DNA of 64,000 bases. Source: the human T2T-CHM13v2.0 reference genome, Homo sapiens. Where the stretch lies: assembly GCF_009914755.1 (NCBI RefSeq), contig NC_060939.1; one strand, written 5' to 3'. The notes below the pieces were generated by a model that ran no database searches, was not told the DNA's origin, and was given only the letters and a program-made list of their open reading frames with translations. The translations under genes were made by a program, and so were the position numbers. Below are positions 55,336 to 64,000 of the stretch, one piece after another. Positions within the stretch are counted from its first letter, which is position 1. Every line of letters begins with the position of its first letter.

Positions 55336-55375
55336 GTATGTATTGGGTGGAGGAGCATTATGTATGGAACCTCTG
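55336..55375 (+). pseudogene. UBE2Q2: UBE2Q2-like exon (about exon 10) carrying the E2 active-site Cys codon
   Basis: tttaag|G-YVLGGGALCMEPL|gtgatt; TGT at 55361-55363; the ..TKQ end of the exon appears deleted. Confidence 0.88.
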
Positions 55376-55520
55376 GTGATTATTTTATTATTATACTCAA
55401 TTTTCACCCTCAATAGAGTGTTTTGATTATGTAAGTTAGATCGTAAGTAGACGGTTCTCTTAAAGACATTTTAGTGTTTTTTTTTTTTTTCGTAGCTCCT
55501 ACTTTCAAGAATGAAAAAGG

Positions 55521-55863
<343 letters not shown>

Positions 55864-56107
55864 CTAGGATAGGCGTTAACAGTGACCTTTATTTAAGGTT
55901 TTAATTTGTTCATGTTGGGCACTTAGAACATTGGTTTGTTGTTTTTTTGTGAGATTCTGGAAACGTTCCAATTTTACCTTTTCCCCTTGACTCCAGACTT
56001 TTTAACACTGGTCTGCTACTGTTAAGTTATATGCCATTTGGTTAGGCCTTCTCAAGTGGGAACCAGGAACGCTGCTGTGTTCTAGAGATGTTTTGTTCTT
56101 CCTGTAG

Positions 56108-56203
56108 GGCTGAAGCAGTGCCTACTCGATAGAATCAGTCATCATGCAAATAAAAGCCACCTGAGTCAAAGGCAAAGCCAGAGTGCAGCTTGGAGCAAAG
56201 AAG
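56108..56203 (+). pseudogene. UBE2Q2: UBE2Q2-like exon (about exon 11)
   Basis: ctgtag|G*SSAYSIESVIMQIKAT*VKGKARVQLGAKK|gtaatt; two TGA stops. Confidence 0.92.
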
Positions 56204-56689
56204 GTAATTTTATTAAGAATTTTACATAAACCATAAGATATATTTTATGCTACTTTGTGAGCCTTCTTCCTATCTTAATTCTTTTTGAGAGAATTCATTT
56301 CATTTTCATTTGGTTTGTTTTCTTTTTGTTACAAAGATGATCTATAGAACATATAGAAGTATAAGAAAATTAAAGTTACTAACTGATAATCACTTAATGA
56401 TTTAGTATCTGATTGTTTAGTCTTTGTTATATTTACTGTAGAGAAACATGTCTACAGTTGTAAATTTATTATTGTTATGTATACCATAGTAAAAGTTATA
56501 TGTACTTTGAAGTTTTGCAAAATTGAGTTCATGTTATAAAATTAATTCCTGATGAACTTTTATGTGCTAGGCACTAGTCTTTTTATTTACTTATTTTTAC
56601 TTTTTTTGTTTCCCTCTGTGCCTATGCTTACCAAGTCTTTTTATTTTTTACTTTTTATTAGCTCTTTCAGTCCTCTTAATAACTTTAAA

Positions 56690-56805
56690 AGAGGGTATTA
56701 TTAATATCTGCATTTTATGGATGAGGCAACTGAAGGTAGGTAACTTGTCCAAAGTCACAGGTGGCAGAGCAAGGATTGGAACCAGACAGTCTGACTGCCC
56801 TAGGC
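56690..56805 (-). mobile_element. MIR fragment
   Basis: CATTTTATGGATGAGGCAACTGA..TAACTTGTCCAAAGTCACAG..GGCAGAGCAAGGATTGGAACC. Confidence 0.7.
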
Positions 56806-57787
56806 CCAACCAAGAGGAGCTGAGAGCAAGCCACGGGGCAGAAGGATGTTGGAGGCTGGTTTTCTGTTCAGTTAACATGAAATGCAGGCTGTAACCGTAA
56901 TTCCAGGACATTACTGAGAAAGCCTTCCAAAGCCAGAGGGGTTTTTTTTGTTTTGTTTTGTTTTGTTTTCCATGACCATGACTTTTGAGCAAAAATTTGG
57001 TTTTGTTTAAAGGCAATATGGTGCTCTAAGAAACTTCCACTCACACTTATGGAGGGAATGGTAGTTGAGCTAAATAGTGAAATGCTGTAGCACACAGCCT
57101 TTAGGGCAGCTTCTGACCTATTTCTATGGTCAGGAAAGACACCTATCTTTGCCTGCTGCCCACAGCCTCTAGTTATTCACCTTCAGAATTTCCTAGTCTG
57201 TGATCACATTCAGATGAGAGATCCGTTTTGTTTTTTCCAGGGTAGCAGGAAGTGAGTCACCACCTATGCTAAGCAGTCTAGTCTTCTGTGTATAAATGAG
57301 CAAGGGTGGGGAGCCAGATCTGAGAACCTTGTGTAATGCTGAGATGCTCCAAGAGAATCCAAGAGGATGTCAGGATTATGCATGGTGGTAAAGTGGTCTC
57401 ATGTTAGTTGTACCCACAGCTCTCATCAGAAGCAGACACAGATACTTTTTGTAGGAAAACATCTCTAACTTAAGCCTGTAGGATTCCCAAAGATTAAAAG
57501 CAGGCAAATATGAATTCAGTCAAATCATAGCATTCAAGTAGTCTCAACCCAACATATTTGAGAATTGTTAGAAACAATGAATATGTTTCCCAAAGACTAG
57601 GTTTTGGAATTATCAGATACAGAACACAGACTTCAAATATTAGAATTGTGAGAAAATAGTTACATGTCAAACCTAATATAAAAGAAAGATGGACTCATTA
57701 AATTGAGCAACAGAAAGGCCACCAGGAATGAGGAGGAGGACCTGAAAAGAAAATGGATGAACTAGAACTTACAGAAATAAAATATAT

Positions 57788-58120
57788 AGCTGGGTCTGGT
57801 GGCTCACACCTGTAATCCCAGCACTGTTTGGGAGGCCGAGGTGGGAGGATGGTATGAGCCCAGGAGTTGGGGAGACAAGCCTGGGCAACATGGTGAGAAC
57901 TCGTTTCTGTAAAAAATACCCCAACACCACCAAAAAAAAAAAAAAAAAAAAAGTAGCTGGGTATGGGGCACGTGTCTGTAGTCACAGCTAGTCAGGAGGC
58001 TGAGGAGGGAGGATCACTTGAGCTCAGGAGGCAAGGGCTGCACGTGCATGCCACTGCAGTCCAGCCTGGGTGACAGAGTGAGACTCCGTCTCAGAATAAA
58101 ATGAAATAAAGAAATAAAAA
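57788..58120 (+). mobile_element. Alu (AluJ-like)
   Basis: Diverged dimer with expanded middle A-tract. Confidence 0.88.
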
Positions 58121-60203
58121 ATGTAATTGTTGAAATAAAAAACTCAGTGGATGGATTAGACATCAGAAGAAAGAATTAGTTGGTTAGACAATTATCTCCC
58201 AAAAGTGAGTCAGTATGTTACACAGAGAGACATGAGGATAGATGATAGGGCAGAAGTTGGTGGGGTTGTAGGGGGAGGGAGATCAGAATGAGGTCTAAAA
58301 TATGTCTTAGTGGAATCCCAGGAGGAGATATTAAAATTATATTAGAAAGTGAGAGAAATAGAAGTTCTAAAGGCAATAGAAGGAAGTCCACATAAATCAG
58401 TCACAACAAATGTAAATGGACTAAAGTTACCAGTTAGGTGGAACTAATAAAAGAATATCCAGCTGTTTTAATCCATCATATTTAAAATATAAGGATATGA
58501 GAAGATTGAAAGTTTTTATAAAGGAGAGAGAGTAATGAAGATATGGCAGTATACATTAACCAAAAACAAGTGATGGAGCTTCAGTATCAAAAAAGGATTT
58601 TGGAACAGAAAGCATTAGTAAGAAACTTGATGCTGACTGTTAATTAGGAGGATGTAGCAATTTTCATATTTTATGTACCTGTCAAAATAGCCTCAAAATG
58701 CAGGAGAAAAACTGATAAAACCACAGGGAGAAATTGACAAGTCTGCCAGCATATTTGGAGATTTCACCATACCCTGCTTACCATAAGTAAGTTACACAGA
58801 ATGCCCATATGTAGATTTGAATAACCAGTGAATGGACATGGTGTAATGGACAAATATAGGCCTTTGTACCCAATAATTAGATATTCTATATTCTTCTCAA
58901 GCATATGTGGACTGTGGGAGAAACATTAATTATATATTAATTCGTAAAGCAAGTCAGAAGATTTAAAAACAATTGGTACCATCCACACCATATAATTTAT
59001 AATTTAAATATGAAGCAATTAAGGTTAGAAGGCAATAATGAAGAGATTAACAAAAAGCTACATGAATTTGGAAATTAAACACCCTTGTAATTCATGGTAT
59101 AAAAAACTCAATACAATTTTAGAATGCTTAGAATTGAACCATAGTTAAAATATGAAACTTCTCTCTGTTCCTGTCTCTCTCCCTCTCCCTCTCTCTTCCT
59201 ATCTGGAACATTCAAGAAGCTAATCTTTTTCAATGAAGAACACCCCAAATACTGAAAAGTAGGAAAAAGACAGATGGCATTTCATGGTAATCCCTTCCCC
59301 CAAGAGTGTAGAATGTTTCTTTAGCTTCTTTGATAGTTTGTTTACTTATTTATTAAGTACTTACTATAAACCAGACTCTGCTTTAATTTGTGATGAACAA
59401 CCTAGAGATTAAGTCCTGCCCTATGGATTTTATATTAGAGTGAGAAAAACAGATAGCTAAGTCTGGAGCTCAGGGGTGAGGCCCAGGTTGGAATTATAGA
59501 TTCACTTGACCAAGGTGAAACCTGGTGTGCCCCCTCCTACTTCACATCCCCAGACATACTTCTGGAACATTTCTGTTCTATTCTTGTGTATAAACTCTTC
59601 CTTTTGAGCCTCTCTCCATTAATGCATGTCAACCTCTACTTGTCTTTTGTTGATTTTGAGGCCACTTGCCCATATAACTTGGAGGATATTGAAGAAGAAT
59701 CATACCGACCTGGTTCTGCTACCTACCAGCTGAGTTACTTTGGTCAAGCTCTTGGACTTCTGAGGCTGTTTCCTAATTTCAAAAGTGGGTATATGATGTG
59801 TTAGGCCCTGGTGGGTTGCAAGGAAGAGGTACACACATACCACCTTTGATGATGAGGGCCGAATGTTAACTTGGATGGAAAGTCATCCAAACAGCGATAT
59901 TGTCTCTGGCCCTAGTAATTTCAAAACCTCACAGAATATTAATTTAGCAGTATTTAGGATAGGGTTTGAGCTCTGAAGACCTACAGTATGGTTATTTGTT
60001 CATATGGCTGTTTTCCATACTAGACCATGAACTCCATGAGGGCAGGGTCTACAGTTTCATCTTTCTCTCCTAGGCACTCAGTTCAGTGCCTGATACATAA
60101 TAATAGAGGCACAAATGTTTTAAGAGTTGAGGAATTTTCAACTCTTTCTGAAAGAATAGGAAGATATAAAGGCTTCTCAGAGACGGTATTATTTAAGCTG
60201 ATT

Positions 60204-60498
<295 letters not shown>

Positions 60499-61101
60499 TT
60501 ATTTAAGCTGATTCTTTAAGGGTAAGTAGAAATTTTTTCCAGGTGAATAAAACCTTGAGCTATTATTCCAAGCAGAGACCAGTAGGTGCAAAGACACAGG
60601 GATATAGAGATGTTGAAGTTTACCAAACACTGCTAGATTAAAAAAACAAAAAGGAAACTATCAAAATCAAAAATTAAAATTAAAAATCACCTATAATACA
60701 AGCTATGAATGGGCTTGGCCAGAGGTCAGATCGCAACTGAGTTAACTATGACCGTAGACACTCAGTAATCGATGGAAGTTTTAGGGAAAACACATAACAT
60801 TCTCAGGTTGTTGGCAGAGTATCTGGAACAATTTACAAATACGGGCATTGAATTCTGGGAATAATTACACTGTAGTGATATCATTTCCTTCTCTGCGTAT
60901 GAAGCATGTATGTATTGCACACTGTTCAAGGTGCTGAAAATCAGACTCTTCTCGAGCAATCAAGGGAGATGGATGGGTGAGCAACTGATTATCATGTGAC
61001 AAGTGAGGTAACAGAGATATGACTAAGATGGTATCTAAACAAGAAGAAAGGAATTATTCATAATATATGGAGTTCTGGGGAAATATTTCTCAAATGAAGC
61101 C

Positions 61102-61240
61102 GGCCGGGCCGGATGGCTCCCACTTGTAATACCGGCACTTTGGGAGGTGGAAGTGGGAGGATCCAGGAGGATCTAGGAGTTCAAGACCAGCCTGGTCAAC
61201 AGAGCAAAGCCCTGCCTGTTTCTATATTTGAAAAAAAATA
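61102..61240 (+). mobile_element. FLAM/Alu left monomer
   Basis: GGCCGGGC..TGTAATACCGGCACTTTGGGAGG..GGAGTTCAAGACCAGCCTGG, A tail. Confidence 0.8.
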
Positions 61241-63294
61241 AGTAAATTTTTTTAATGAAATGATATTTGAGCACTCTGGAGCACCATACAAATATAGGAC
61301 AGACTGAAGGAATGTACCTGGCTTGAGTTAACATTTATTGAAATTTTATATTGCAAAAATAGTACATATTCACTGTTTTGAAACTAGAAAGAATTGATAG
61401 GCAAGGAGGGCTGTCTACAAAGCACTCCATAGATCCACCATACTGAGACAATGCTTAATGCTTTGATGGATTTATTGTATACTATCTATGCATATGCATG
61501 TATTATATACATACATGTGCATGGTTAAATAGAAATATTTCTCCTTGGTGTTAATCCATTTATTGTTATGCAGTAAATCCCCAAAGAGCACATTTGCTTT
61601 GCCCAAGGGAGTCTTTTGCTACATACTGCTGTACATAATGAAAACTAAAAAATTGGCTAACTTTTCAGCCTTGTGACCTTGTGGTGATTCAAATAGAGGC
61701 TTCATCAAAGGCAGATTCAGAAATGAACTTGGTATGTGGGTGGTTATGCTTGGCATTATTGTTTGTAATAGTATGATAGGGATGACTTCAGTGTCCACCA
61801 ACAGGGAACTGGTTAAGTAAACTGTGGTACATCCAAACGATGAATACTGTGCGGTTGTAAAGAAGAATGACAAAGACCTCTGTACTCATGTAGAAGAACT
61901 CACATATATTGTGTGTGTTTTAAGAGGAACAAGGAATGGTATAGTATGTATGGTATGCTACTTTTTGTGTTGAGAGAGAAGAGTAGAATAAGAATATACG
62001 TGTGTATTTGCAAACATAAATTCTGAAATGATATATAAGAAACCAATTAAAAGTGTTTGGCTGTAGAAGGAGAATAAGACTGTGAATGGGATTTGGCCAC
62101 ATACTTTTATAGGTAGTTATATTTAAAAATTTTCTGAACCATGTGTTTGTACACATGACCTTTTTAAAAATAAGTGAATGAAGGAATGAAGTAGGATTAT
62201 GAGAAAGAGATAAGAACAAATGATCTAAGGGGCTGCCCATCTTTTTAGTACCCAGTGAATATTAATATATAACAATAGCAGCAAAAATTGGAAGAGTAGC
62301 CCCAGGAGGGTAGGGAGTCAGCCTTTCCTTTGTCTTTTCCTCAATTTCATATATTAAACAAAATAATCTGAGAACGATAAAACAATTTGAAATAAAAAAT
62401 GTCTCCAGATCTCTTAAAAGGAAGCTGGGGCAGCTTTCTGTAGCGCACTTCCCAAAAATGGGCTGATTTACCTCAAGAGGCAGGGATTCTAGCCTACATG
62501 GGATACATACAGGAGAAAACAAAATCAGAAAAAGAAAAGATATTTAAATATAAATAAATGAAAATAACAATTCTCCCTCATTATAAAGGAAATCATTCTT
62601 TTTGTAATAATTTGGATGACAAATATTAAGAAAAATCTTTAATTTGCCACTCAAAACATTGTGGTTTGTTGCTTTTTATACGTTTTTATGCACATAAACC
62701 TTTTAAAAAGTAGAATCGTAGTATGTAGTCTTTTGTCACTTACTATATTTTGGGCATATTTCTGTGGCAGTAAATATATCCTGGCATCATCATTTTTAAT
62801 AGCTGGATGTATATTAAGTTAATCACTGCCACCCCAGAGGTGAATTTTCTTATACACACATTTTAATGGGCTCGAGCAAACATTTTTGGACTGAATTCAT
62901 AGAAGTAGAATTTCTGGAGGAAAATAATTTTTAGGGTTTTTAATAGAAATTTTCAAATCATTCTCCAGGAAAAGTGACTCAGGTTATACTCCCACCAACA
63001 AGGACAGAGCTCCAGGTTCCCCTTTCCATTTGTCATCTTTCCTGCCTTTATACAGAAAATCTCATTGTTTTCATGACATTTCTTTGATTTCTTGTGCTTT
63101 TGAATCTTTGTATATGCCACTGGCCATTTTTATTCTTGTGAGAAGTGCCAGTTTCTCCATTGCCCATTTTCGGTTGAAAATCATTTGTTTTTTTTTCTCA
63201 GTAATTTTAAAGATTTCTTTATAGTCTAAGGATACAAGCCTTTTATCTGTCATTGAGGTGACAAAACTTTCTCCCAGTAAGTAATTTGTCATTT

Positions 63295-63566
63295 CATTTT
63301 TTCTTCTTTTCTTTTTCCTTTCCTTTCCCTTTCTTTCTTTTCCTTGTTTCTTTCTTTCTTCTTCTTCCTTCCTTGCTTTCCTTTTCTTTCTTGCTTTCCA
63401 TTCTTACTTTCTTTTCTTTTCCCTCCCTCCCTCCCTCTCTTTCTTTCCTCTTTCTTTTTCTTTCTCTCTTTTTCTTTCTTCTTTCCCTCTCTCTCTTTCT
63501 TCCTTTCCTTTCTTTCTCTTTATTCCCTCCCTCCCTCCTTCTTCCCTTTTTTTTCTTTCTTTCTTT
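63295..63566. repeat. About 270-bp polypyrimidine (CT/CTT/CCT) low-complexity tract
   Basis: Nearly pure C/T on the + strand. Confidence 0.95.
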
Positions 63567-63679
63567 CACTAGCCAAGCTCCAAAGTCACATTTCACTTAA
63601 TTTTTATCCTGCCAAATTTGAAAGCCTTTTAACTTCGTGATTTTAGTGTAAACAGGAGCAGGAGAAAATGTAATTATCT

Positions 63680-63955
63680 AAGTCTCGCTGTGTCACCCAG
63701 ACTGGAGTGCAGTGCCATAATCATAGCTACTGCAGCCTTGAACTCCTCGCCTCAAGCAATTTTCCCACCTCAGCCTGCCAAGTAGCTAGGACTACAGCTG
63801 TGTGCCACCACACCCAGCTAATGTTCAAAAATTTTTGTGGAGATGTGAATTCTTTATGCTGCCCAGGCTAGTCTTGAACTCCTGACTTCAAGTAATCCTC
63901 CCACCTCGGCTTGCCAAAGTGCTGGGATTACAGGTGTCAGCTCCTGCTCCTGACT
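63680..63955 (-). mobile_element. Alu (AluJ-like), tail missing
   Basis: AGTCTCGCTGTGTCACCCAGACTGGAGTGCAGTG...CAAAGTGCTGGGATTACAGG. Confidence 0.88.
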
Positions 63956-64000
63956 GAGAGTTTAGTTTTGTTTGCTAGTGGTGTTCTTGGTATCTTTTCA

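Noticed and set aside
63286-63640. F/L/S-rich and K/E/R-rich ORFs
   Set aside because: Translations of the polypyrimidine tract

Overview
This is primate (almost certainly human) repeat-rich intronic DNA, with no prokaryotic-type genes or CRISPR arrays. The backbone is a + strand unprocessed (duplicated) pseudogene of the E2 enzyme gene UBE2Q2, with eight recognisable exons between 27973 and 56203. Three main inserts lie upstream of those exons. (i) A very young, full-length, ORF-intact RPL9 processed retrocopy on the - strand (8320-9036, 13-bp TSD, 192 aa). (ii) A 7.3-kb HERV-I/HERVIP10-type provirus on the - strand (LTR10-type 3' LTR, env, pol, gag) that has lost its 5' LTR. (iii) Two ERV1 solo LTRs with clean 4-bp TSDs, one split by an L1PA. 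About 30 Alus, older L1M/MIR/MaLR/MER elements and several microsatellites fill the rest. From memory, a UBE2Q2 pseudogene containing an RPL9 retrocopy fits the 15q25.2 segmental duplications (UBE2Q2P2/P3-type with RPL9P8/P9); I cannot tell which paralog this is. Best leads: (1) splice-site changes that could turn the dead E2 gene into a 63-aa acidic microprotein with a new hydrophobic C-terminal tail; (2) an orphaned LTR10 pointing at the intact RPL9 retrocopy 0.7 kb away; (3) a chimeric 238-codon flank-gag ORF head-to-head with an octamer-bearing LTR. Repeat subfamily names and parent exon numbers are from recall, not database searches. Most repeat boundaries without a TSD are approximate.
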